From Candidatus Heimdallarchaeota archaeon (GTDB taxonomy: Archaea > Asgardarchaeota > Heimdallarchaeia > Heimdallarchaeales > Kariarchaeaceae): 64,000 bases of DNA. The stretch spans positions 1,861 to 65,860 of the forward strand of contig WAKA01000056.1 in NCBI GenBank assembly GCA_015523565.1, read 5' to 3'. A program made the position numbers and the translations under genes. The notes below the pieces were generated by a model. It was not told the origin of the DNA. It made no database searches and worked only from the letters and a program-made list of their open reading frames with translations. Shown here piece by piece: positions 53,517 to 61,814 of this stretch. The stretch's first letter is position 1; each line of letters begins with the position of its first letter.

Positions 53517-54254
53517 ATGGAAGAAAAAGGTACCGTTGTAGCAATAATTAGTGGCGGCTTGGATTCGACATCAATGCTTTGGTTTCTCCATAGTAAAGGA
53601 TATTCAATTGTAGAGGCAATCTCATTTGATTACGGACAAAAACATGTCAAGGAACTTGATGCCGCGAAAAAAATCATTCGACGTTTTAATTCAGAATTTT
53701 CGCAAAATGTCAAGCACCAAGTGGTTGATCTTCGAAATGTTGGAAGATTGATTGCAAAGGGCGCTTTGACAGGAAATGAAGAAGTACCCGCAGAAATGTA
53801 TGATAAAGAAAGCCAGAGAATTACAATCGTTCCAAATAGAAATGGAATTATGCTCAACATAGCCGCGGGAAGGGCAGTAACCCTTGAATCCAGATTTATT
53901 GCTTACGCCGCACATGCAAGTGACTACAGCGTATACCCAGACTGTAGACCTGAATTCATAGAGGCAATGGATAAGGCAATCTATTTGGGAAATTTATGGA
54001 CGCCAGTAAACATTATTGCCCCATTCCAAAAGATGACAAAAAAAGAGGTTACGCAACAAGGGTTGGCATTGGGAGCCCCATTAGAGTTGACGTGGAGTTG
54101 TTATAAAGGACAGGATAGACCATGCATGGAATGTGGAACTTGCCTTGAGAGAACCGAGGCATTCTTGCTCAACAATACAAGGGACCCCGCACTCTCAGAA
54201 GAAGAATGGCAATTGGCAATCCAAAAATATGAAGAGCACAAGCAAAAAGGGTAA
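53517..54254 (+). CDS. queC: 7-cyano-7-deazaguanine (preQ0) synthase QueC
   Basis: The PP-loop (VAIISGGLDST) is present, followed by SFDYGQKH and YPDCRPEFIEAM. The zinc-site cysteines are WSCY...CMECGTCLER. Confidence 0.9.
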   Translation: MEEKGTVVAIISGGLDSTSMLWFLHSKGYSIVEAISFDYGQKHVKELDAAKKIIRRFNSEFSQNVKHQVVDLRNVGRLIAKGALTGNEEVPAEMYDKESQRITIVPNRNGIMLNIAAGRAVTLESRFIAYAAHASDYSVYPDCRPEFIEAMDKAIYLGNLWTPVNIIAPFQKMTKKEVTQQGLALGAPLELTWSCYKGQDRPCMECGTCLERTEAFLLNNTRDPALSEEEWQLAIQKYEEHKQKG

Positions 54255-54393
54255 AAGAAGCATGAGAAATTCCAAAAAAAGAGAATGGGATTTTTCTACC
54301 GCAAATGCAACGAACATTTCAAAAATAAGGGAAAATGTTATCCTTTGAAGGGTAACCAATGAGAAGGATTTTTATAAAACAATTCCAATATTA

Positions 54394-55188
54394 TTGTTGA
54401 TGAGCAAAGAGGCAGTGCCCCGTATTAATTTTTATTATACACTCCTTTCACTAATTTTCACAGTCTCTTCCTTTATCTCCATAATTAGGGCATCGTTGAA
54501 AACCCTTGAAGAAACACCGATGCAACCGACAACGATTGTTTCAATAACCATTTCCTCAATTCTGTTTTCTATTTCCATACCTGTAACGGTTTTATTGTTC
54601 TTATCCACTCAGGGCAAATTTCTTGATCAGATAAGTGTGATTTTACCTAAAAACGCAGTTAATTCTGCCAACAAATGGGTTGAAAGTTTCATTTTTAATG
54701 CATCGCCTGTCCAACAATTCATATTTATTATAGGATCTGTCGGAACCGTTGCATTGTTAGGGCAGAGTCCAGTGGGGTTTGACACTGGCTTGTTTATTCT
54801 TATGTTGGGAGCAACTGTTCTTACAATCCATTCTGTTGAACAAAAGAACAAATTAAAAAAGAGAATACTGGCAATTGTTGAAAAAGAGAAAAGAATGGAT
54901 CTAAGAGCACTTTCTAAAATGACACGTACAAGCAGGCAAAATTTGACGAGCCTCATATTGGATCTCGCAGCAGATGGAAAGCCAATAATGATAGACTACC
55001 ATGAGGGAACAGTATACTTGACAAATCTGATCAAACCAGTTCAGGAAACATTTCCCATACCTTCAGAAATTGTACAACCTAGACAGACACAGACAGGAGA
55101 AATCTGTGCCTATTGCGGAGAGACAAATCCAGTTCCTGGAGCAAAGTTTTGCATTAAATGTGGAGCATCAATGGTACCCGCCAAGTAA
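54394..55188 (+). CDS. Membrane protein with a cytoplasmic wHTH-like segment and a C-terminal zinc ribbon (hypothetical)
   Basis: It has about 4 N-terminal TM helices and then the segment MDLRALSKMTRTSRQNLTSLILDLAADG. The C-terminus has CAYCG...CIKCG. Confidence 0.5.
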   Translation: MLMSKEAVPRINFYYTLLSLIFTVSSFISIIRASLKTLEETPMQPTTIVSITISSILFSISIPVTVLLFLSTQGKFLDQISVILPKNAVNSANKWVESFIFNASPVQQFIFIIGSVGTVALLGQSPVGFDTGLFILMLGATVLTIHSVEQKNKLKKRILAIVEKEKRMDLRALSKMTRTSRQNLTSLILDLAADGKPIMIDYHEGTVYLTNLIKPVQETFPIPSEIVQPRQTQTGEICAYCGETNPVPGAKFCIKCGASMVPAK

Positions 55189-55191
55189 GGT

Positions 55192-56202
55192 TTGAGTCAC
55201 ATGACAGAGGAAAAAGTAATTGATTTGCTAACCAATATATCTTCCAAGGGATTCACCTTACTTCAAGCAAAAGCATATATTGCAGTTTTAAAATTGGGGG
55301 AGGCAACAGGTTCAGCCATAGCCGAACAGGCAGGAATTAACCGTTCGAAAATCTATGATGTTCTTGGTGACCTTGAGCTAATGGGTGCAGTTCAGAGAAT
55401 ATCTCGAGAAGGAAAGACAAGATATATTGGTGTGGATCCAAAAATAGTCTTCAAAATACTGAAAGAGCGTTTTGTTGAAGATCTGGACAATTCGATTGAA
55501 ATCTTGGAAAATGTGATAAGTGCTAAGGAGTTGATAGATGAAAAGGCTGTGACATTTTCAAGGATCCAAATCAAGAATTTAAACGTAAATGAATTCAAGA
55601 TGATGATTTCTACTACGGAAAAAGCAAGATCACAATTTTTGGAAATGCTTTCTCCCGAAAATCGACCGAAGGAACATGTTATCCTGTTGGAACTTGAGCA
55701 AAAAAGAGAGGAGGACTTTATCCTTTTAATAGGAGATTACGAAGCTTTGCTTTTCAACCCCCCCACATCCAACCAGATCAAAAATGCATTAAGGTTTTTG
55801 GGAAGGGACTTTTCTTTGTTTTTGCAGGGAGTTGTTCAACACCTCTGGGATGAAAGAATTCCAGCACATATAGACGAAGAAATTAGAGAAGGAGAAAGGA
55901 AGCTTTTGGCAAAGGGAGTGGCAACTAACATGCATTACATCCTAGCCAACGGCACAATTCGCCATCAACACCTAAGACCAGTTCCTGTTCTGATAACAGA
56001 CAGTCATATCTCTTTCCTTTATCAAGGTGAGGAAGATCCCAAAATCCCTATAAGGAATATCAGAAACATAAAGACAGAAGGAAACTTTATAGAATGTGAA
56101 ATATTCAGTGCAACAGGAATGTTTTTGGCAAGGCTGACATTTACGCTATTGACAAATGCCATGGCAATCTCAAATTTAATTGACCTTCTTTCGAAAAGAT
56201 AA
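55192..56202 (+). CDS. TrmB-family transcriptional regulator
   Basis: The N-terminal wHTH is GFTLLQAKAYIAVLKLGEATGSAIAEQAGINRSKIYDVLGDLELMGAV. The track start is TTG, and the ATG at 55201 is an alternative. Confidence 0.75.
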   Translation: MSHMTEEKVIDLLTNISSKGFTLLQAKAYIAVLKLGEATGSAIAEQAGINRSKIYDVLGDLELMGAVQRISREGKTRYIGVDPKIVFKILKERFVEDLDNSIEILENVISAKELIDEKAVTFSRIQIKNLNVNEFKMMISTTEKARSQFLEMLSPENRPKEHVILLELEQKREEDFILLIGDYEALLFNPPTSNQIKNALRFLGRDFSLFLQGVVQHLWDERIPAHIDEEIREGERKLLAKGVATNMHYILANGTIRHQHLRPVPVLITDSHISFLYQGEEDPKIPIRNIRNIKTEGNFIECEIFSATGMFLARLTFTLLTNAMAISNLIDLLSKR

Positions 56203-56613
56203 AATCTCATGAACCAACCATTCCATTGTTTCCTCAAAATTTTCAAGAATGGAATGTTCCCAGATACGGATTACCTTCCAATTACAGTTTCTTAAAAGTT
56301 CATCATCCAGCTTGTCCCTATTTCTATTGCGATTTATTTTATTTCGCCAGAATTCCACATTGCTTTTTGGTTCCTTGTAGCATTTGGGACAACCATGCCA
56401 GAAACAACCATCAACAAATATTGCGATTTTATCTTTTGGGAAGGCTATGTCGGGCTTGACTATTTTTTCACCGCAGTCAATTTTATAATGAATCCGGTAC
56501 CTGAATTTCATGTGCCAAAGGAATCGCCTTACATTCAGTTCTGGTTTTGTATTCTTACTGCGGATATGACTCATGATTTTGGAACGAATTTCTGGACTGA
56601 ATTTATCAGGCAC
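56176..56613 (-). CDS. vsr: Very-short-patch repair (Vsr) endonuclease
   Basis: IRSKIMSHIRSKNTKPE...RPDIAFPKDKIAIFVDGCFWHGCP...FWRNKI matches Vsr over its full length. Confidence 0.85.
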   Translation of the reverse strand: MPDKFSPEIRSKIMSHIRSKNTKPELNVRRFLWHMKFRYRIHYKIDCGEKIVKPDIAFPKDKIAIFVDGCFWHGCPKCYKEPKSNVEFWRNKINRNRNRDKLDDELLRNCNWKVIRIWEHSILENFEETMEWLVHEILSFRKKVN

Positions 56614-56709
56614 AATAACCCATTCACGGATTTGAATATAATTAGTTCGAATGAAGAAACAACAATAGGCACAATCATACCATTCTAAATATCAAATTGC
56701 CAAAGTGAA

Positions 56710-58551
56710 GTGATGGATAACAAAATAAAATTTTATTTGGCAATAGAAAGTGCAGGAGGAGCAAGCTGGTTTCCTGATTCCAAACATTTCGCCTTTGTAT
56801 ACGACGCTATAGGATATTCACAGATATATGCTTCAAAACTAGGGAATGAACCATTATGGCCAAGAAGAATGACTTTCAGTGAAAACAGGTGCACAAATCC
56901 AAGGGTTTTGGCAAATGGAAATTTGATTTTCCAGACAGACCAAGGTGGAGATGAAAATTTTCAAATTCATCATGTGGATAAGGCAAATGAGATAGTTTCT
57001 CTGACAAAAGACCTAAAGGCAAAATACCTGATCAATTATGTCTCAAAGAATTATGTTTATGTTTCAGCAAATGTAAAGGACAAAAAGAGATTTGGAATTT
57101 ACAGGTTCAATATTGATGACCCAAGAAATACTTTTGAGGAAATAATCACTCCAGAAGAGGGATTGTTTCGACTGACGGCAGTAAACCAAGATGAAAATAT
57201 TCTTGCAATAGTCAAACCCCATTCTAATGTTTTTACCGAGGTCTTCCTGTACCATGTTGAAACAAAGGAATTAATGAATATCACAAAACAGGTGACAAAA
57301 GAAGAACATTATTGGCAACCTGTAAAATTTATGTCAGAACACTCATTGCTGGTCATTACTGATTTTCAGAATGAATTCAGACGTTTTGGAATTCTGACAA
57401 AGAATGGCGAGTTTACACCTATCGACGCTCAAAGACCATATAATATTGAAGCGGTGGATTGGAATTATGATAGTGATATTATTTTTTTCTCTGAAAACCA
57501 AGAAGGATACAGCAAACTTTATTCTGCAAAGTTGGAAGGAAATCACCTTTTAGATAAAAAAGAGATTTCTTTGCCATTACAGGGGGTTTTAATGCAAGGA
57601 GATGCAAGATCATATACAAAAGGGATGTCAAGATCTCCAGATGGAAAAAAGCTTGCAATGACAATTAGTTCGCCAACAATGCCATCCAGTGTCTGGATTT
57701 ATCAAATTGATTCAAACAATTGGATTAATGCAACAAACCCAAGCATACCTGGCATAAATCCAGATAGATTAGCAAATGCAGAATTGAAAAAATTCAAAAG
57801 TTTTGATGGGGTGGAAGTTCCTTATTTTGAATACTTACCCAAATCAGAGGTTCCAGAAGGCGGTTTCCCTGCAATATTGATGATCCATGGAGGACCAGAA
57901 GCCCAATTTAGACCTTCATTCAACCCAATCATTCAATTTTTTGTTTCTGCCGGATTTGCAATAGTTGCACCAAATATTAGGGGAAGTGCAGGCTATGGAA
58001 GAAAATACCTTGATGCAGATAACAAAGAAAAAAGGCTTGATGCAATTAGAGACATTGCAGAGCTTGCAAACCATTTGAAAAAGAACCATACAAGAGTTAA
58101 CGGCAACAAGCTGGTCATCTATGGAGGAAGCTATGGAGGATTTGCAGTGCTCTCTTCCATGACAGAATATCCAGATTTGTGGATTGCAGGAGTAGATATT
58201 GTAGGGATTTCCAATTTTGTGACATTTCTCAAGAATACCGCCCCATGGAGAAGGAAACTTCGTGAATCGGAATACGGCTCACTTGAAGAGGATTATGAAA
58301 CCCTAGTCAGAATTTCACCAATAAACAAAGTCGATCAAATCAAGGCACCTCTTTTTATCATTCAGGGTGACAATGATGAACGGGTTCCCTTATCTGAATC
58401 CATCCAAATCTACGAAAGTTTGAAGCAAAGGGGAATCAAAACAGAGCTATTAAGATTCGCGGATGAAGGACATGGAGTGGTGAAGTTAAAAAATAGGCTT
58501 GTAGCATATCCTAAGTTACTAGATTGGCTCAAAAGAATTGTAGCAAATTAA
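56710..58551 (+). CDS. S9 family serine peptidase (prolyl oligopeptidase / acylaminoacyl-peptidase-like) with an N-terminal beta-propeller
   Basis: The nucleophile elbow is GGSYGGF, the Asp block is IQGDNDERV, and the His block is ADEGHG. Confidence 0.85.
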   Translation: MMDNKIKFYLAIESAGGASWFPDSKHFAFVYDAIGYSQIYASKLGNEPLWPRRMTFSENRCTNPRVLANGNLIFQTDQGGDENFQIHHVDKANEIVSLTKDLKAKYLINYVSKNYVYVSANVKDKKRFGIYRFNIDDPRNTFEEIITPEEGLFRLTAVNQDENILAIVKPHSNVFTEVFLYHVETKELMNITKQVTKEEHYWQPVKFMSEHSLLVITDFQNEFRRFGILTKNGEFTPIDAQRPYNIEAVDWNYDSDIIFFSENQEGYSKLYSAKLEGNHLLDKKEISLPLQGVLMQGDARSYTKGMSRSPDGKKLAMTISSPTMPSSVWIYQIDSNNWINATNPSIPGINPDRLANAELKKFKSFDGVEVPYFEYLPKSEVPEGGFPAILMIHGGPEAQFRPSFNPIIQFFVSAGFAIVAPNIRGSAGYGRKYLDADNKEKRLDAIRDIAELANHLKKNHTRVNGNKLVIYGGSYGGFAVLSSMTEYPDLWIAGVDIVGISNFVTFLKNTAPWRRKLRESEYGSLEEDYETLVRISPINKVDQIKAPLFIIQGDNDERVPLSESIQIYESLKQRGIKTELLRFADEGHGVVKLKNRLVAYPKLLDWLKRIVAN

Positions 58552-58842
58552 CCCAGTAGATCGTAGTTCGCTATAAAATATTAGAAATAGCTTGTAATGC
58601 TAAAAAGTAAATAGTCCGAAATGAACCTCATAAAATGCCCATGGTGCATTAGCAAATGATTATCCTGAAATTGATGAATTTCATGATCAAAGATGCAAAG
58701 AATCGATTTTTTGAATTAGCAATAAGCTAGATAGCCATTGGATGGGAATTAATAATGATTGGCTATGAACCTGGGAATATGTTCATTTCTTTTTTCTTTT
58801 CAAAACTTGCATCAGACGTAACCGCAGAATATAGAAGAGGAG

Positions 58843-59085
58843 TTGCTTTTTTTTGATAAATGCAATGATCCTGAATTTAATGAGAAATTCTCATATACAT
58901 ATGACCCAGACACCCAGAATTGGCTATTCTTTGATAAGGAAAAAGTTATGTCAGTCTTTGGGATTGCCACTACCATAATCATAGGAGCAATTATCTTGTA
59001 TATTATTTCTAAAAGTAATTATGGTTCAATTTCTAGTTGTAACTTAGTGCGTATTGTACCAACATACGGTTTTTGTTCTGGGTGA
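58843..59085 (+). CDS. Hypothetical small membrane protein (doubtful)
   Basis: An 80-aa ORF with a TTG start and one TM helix. It sits in a gene-poor stretch that looks decayed. Confidence 0.25.
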   Translation: MLFFDKCNDPEFNEKFSYTYDPDTQNWLFFDKEKVMSVFGIATTIIIGAIILYIISKSNYGSISSCNLVRIVPTYGFCSG

Positions 59086-59090
59086 AATAA

Positions 59091-59555
59091 ATGGCTAGGC
59101 TCCTTACCCCCCTTGTATTCCTTGAAGTCATTACATCGGAAAAGTTAAAGGATCAATTCCTTTTATTTTTCCCACAATTAGATCTTGACAACATCAGCAT
59201 TCCAGTGGATAATGAGAGTTCTTCAGAAAAACGTTTTGGATTTACCGTTGATGTTTTTAATGTGAAAAACCGTATCTTAATGCGCAAAGAAATAATCTAT
59301 TTTGGTTATTTTCCAAAAAGCCCTACAATTGATCCTAAAAGCGTGAGCACAATGATATGGTTATATGCCTACCTCATTCTTGATGACGGCACATTGGACA
59401 CAGGATTGATTGATACAATACACAAGGTGCAAAAAGATTGTGATGAAGATCCATTGGGAATTCCTCCGTTATTGCATTACAAGTTAAAAGAGCTTGACAA
59501 AGATACCCTAAAAAAAATAATTGATGAAATTCATGAAGCAGTACTAATAGCTTGA
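59091..59555 (+). CDS. Hypothetical protein
   Basis: A 154-aa ORF with an alternating beta/alpha-like hydrophobicity pattern. I recognise no motif. Confidence 0.45.
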   Translation: MARLLTPLVFLEVITSEKLKDQFLLFFPQLDLDNISIPVDNESSSEKRFGFTVDVFNVKNRILMRKEIIYFGYFPKSPTIDPKSVSTMIWLYAYLILDDGTLDTGLIDTIHKVQKDCDEDPLGIPPLLHYKLKELDKDTLKKIIDEIHEAVLIA

Positions 59556-59819
59556 TATGCCATCCTGCAAGAACAATTTCCACTAATAAAATAAATAAGT
59601 CCTTGCTTAAAGTCAAAAGACAAATCTATAGGATCTTCCCTTTAAAATTAAAAAATATTGCAATCATTTAAAACGTTTATTGAGAGATAGTTGGCTATTA
59701 AAAAAAAGCATACAACAATTTCTCCATAAGATTGAATGTGACAGAAAACATATCAATGTCCGCAAGGGAGAGAAGTATTACAACGATCTCCCATTAAAAA
59801 GCTTGAAAACCCCTTCAGA

Positions 59820-60452
59820 AATTTGCTCTTGGCAGGCGTGCACCCTACCCGGTCAGGCATTCTTGTTGCAATGGCAATACCTGAAAAACAAAGAATTGAC
59901 TTTATAGAATTTGAAGAGATAGGATTTTAACTTTTGAATAAAATGGACACATCTAAAAGACAATGAACTAAAAAAATACGAGGTGGAACAATTTATGGAT
60001 ACCCTTCAGACATTGAAAATCGCATGTGATGAAGTATTGTCTCCGCTTCAAAGATTAGAACATTCAATCTCACCATACATTACGTTTGGCGTCATCCCTC
60101 TTTTTGTTTTAGCCAATGCAGGAATTGAATTTAGTGAGAGCATCATTGCAAGCTTTACAAAACCTGTTTCATTAGGCATATTTTTTGGATTGGTTATAGG
60201 GAAACCCTTGGGGATAATTATATTTTCACAAATTCCGCTCAAAGCAGGGATTGCATCATATCGTCGTGGGATGAACATTGCCACCTTATCAGCATTGGTT
60301 TTATTGCAGGAATAGGCTTCACAATGTCTACATTTATTGCATCATTATCATTCACGGAACAGGAAATAATTGAGTCCGTTAAGATTTCCATAATAGCGGC
60401 ATCATTCACTGCAATGATATTAGGGATTACAAGCACTCTTAAATTTAAATGA
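59820..60452 (+). pseudogene. nhaA: Na+/H+ antiporter NhaA remnant (N-terminal half missing, at least 2 frameshifts or stops)
   Basis: Three consecutive fragments lie in different frames. They read LLAGVHPTRSGILVAMAIP (cf. LKSGVHATLAGV), then SPLQRLEHSISPYITFGVIPLFVLANAGIEF...GKPLGIIIF, then IAGIGFTMSTFIASLSF. They are collinear with the C-terminal part of NhaA (roughly the last 40 percent). Confidence 0.75.
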
Positions 60453-60507
60453 AAAATGTATTTTATCCTGAGGCAATATTAAAGTATGGCGGAAATAATA
60501 TAAATCC

Positions 60508-61086
60508 ATGGTTGAAAAGGGACAAACTCCCTCGTATATTGTAAAGATTATTATGCTTGGATTTACAAGAGCAGGAAAGACAGCACTTTTGAAAAAGTAC
60601 CTTGATGGATCATTTCCAAATAAATATACGCCAACTCAGCCGATGAATCTTGAAAATAAAAGAATCACAGTGGGGGAAAATCTCGTTCAGGCATCAATTT
60701 GGGATATAGGTTCCCAGATGGGATATGATACACTCCTGCCATTATACTATAAGGGTGCACTTGGAGCCTTGCTTGTGTTTGACTTGACAAAGAAAAAATC
60801 ATTGGAGGTCATTCCAAAATTCATTAATGAGTTATCGAAATACGCCCCTGGCATTCCAATCTCCTTGATTGCAAATAAAAAAGACCTTGTGGAAGATAGG
60901 GAAATCACCCAAGAAGAGATTGATGAGATATTGGAGAAAATAAGAAAAGAATGGAACCAAAAAGTGACGTATTTTGAGACTTCAGCAAAGGATCCACAAG
61001 AAAAAATTGCAGTAATCTTTGAGGATCTCATTCAGAATATCATACATGAGAAAATTGAGAATATCGAGGATGAAATATTTATTTAA
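60508..61086 (+). CDS. Ras/Rab-like small GTPase (divergent switch II)
   Basis: The G boxes are G1 GFTRAGKTA, G3 WDIGSQ (non-canonical spacing), G4 NKKD and G5 TSAKD. It is 192 aa with no prenylation motif. Confidence 0.8.
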   Translation: MVEKGQTPSYIVKIIMLGFTRAGKTALLKKYLDGSFPNKYTPTQPMNLENKRITVGENLVQASIWDIGSQMGYDTLLPLYYKGALGALLVFDLTKKKSLEVIPKFINELSKYAPGIPISLIANKKDLVEDREITQEEIDEILEKIRKEWNQKVTYFETSAKDPQEKIAVIFEDLIQNIIHEKIENIEDEIFI

Positions 61087-61759
61087 TTCTAATGTCACGA
61101 ACCGTTTGAACCAAACATTCAAATGAGCCTGCCATAAATTTTTCAGCTCGAGTTTTTCCAGTCAAGACACCTACAAAAGGAATTCCAGCAGAAGTACAGG
61201 ATTGGGCATCATAAATACTGTCTCCGAAACCCAATGCATGTGTTTTTGTTGACCCTGAAGCATGCAGTCCTTTAAGGAATGGTTCAGGATCAGGTTTTCC
61301 TTTTGTGATGTCTTCTCCACTTATTATTATGTCTATATACCCATAAAGTCCAGAATTTTTTAAAAGGATAATTACAAGTTCTTTATAGGTACTGCTAATG
61401 ACAACCACTCTTCCATTGTTGTACTTGATTTGTCTTAATAAGTCGACAACACCTTCAAAAGGATTCACATGTTTAATCAGTGTTTCCAAATAGTCTTCCT
61501 TTTCTTTTGCGGCCTGCCATACTTCTTCAGGGTCTATGTCCTTGAAAAAACGAGATATGATATCATGAGGAGTCATACCCATTAGTAAACTCAGTTCGGC
61601 TTTTGATACATTCTTCCCTAGTTTTTTTAGAATCCATTGAAACGCTTCAATATGCAAATCCAATGTATTGATTAGAGTTCCATCCAAATCAAAGAGGAAG
61701 GTATCGATTCCACAAAATTCACAATTTTTGGAATAGCCGGTTATTATTACGTCCATCAA
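61079..61759 (-). CDS. HAD superfamily hydrolase (beta-phosphoglucomutase / phosphatase-like)
   Basis: HAD motif I is FLFDLDGTLINT. A cap domain follows, and motif IV is FGDSIYD. Confidence 0.8.
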   Translation of the reverse strand: MMDVIITGYSKNCEFCGIDTFLFDLDGTLINTLDLHIEAFQWILKKLGKNVSKAELSLLMGMTPHDIISRFFKDIDPEEVWQAAKEKEDYLETLIKHVNPFEGVVDLLRQIKYNNGRVVVISSTYKELVIILLKNSGLYGYIDIIISGEDITKGKPDPEPFLKGLHASGSTKTHALGFGDSIYDAQSCTSAGIPFVGVLTGKTRAEKFMAGSFECLVQTVRDIRIK

Positions 61760-61814
61760 GTTTTATGGGAACTATGTCAGTAATGAACACTTGCCATCTT
61801 TTTCGGAACAAAGC

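Noticed and set aside
59680-59907. A 75-aa ORF (MRDSWLLKK...) listed in the ORF track
   Set aside because: It reads out of frame through the nhaA relic. The neighbouring frame carries the NhaA-like ...AGVHPT..AMAIP peptide, so this is a by-product of a pseudogene.
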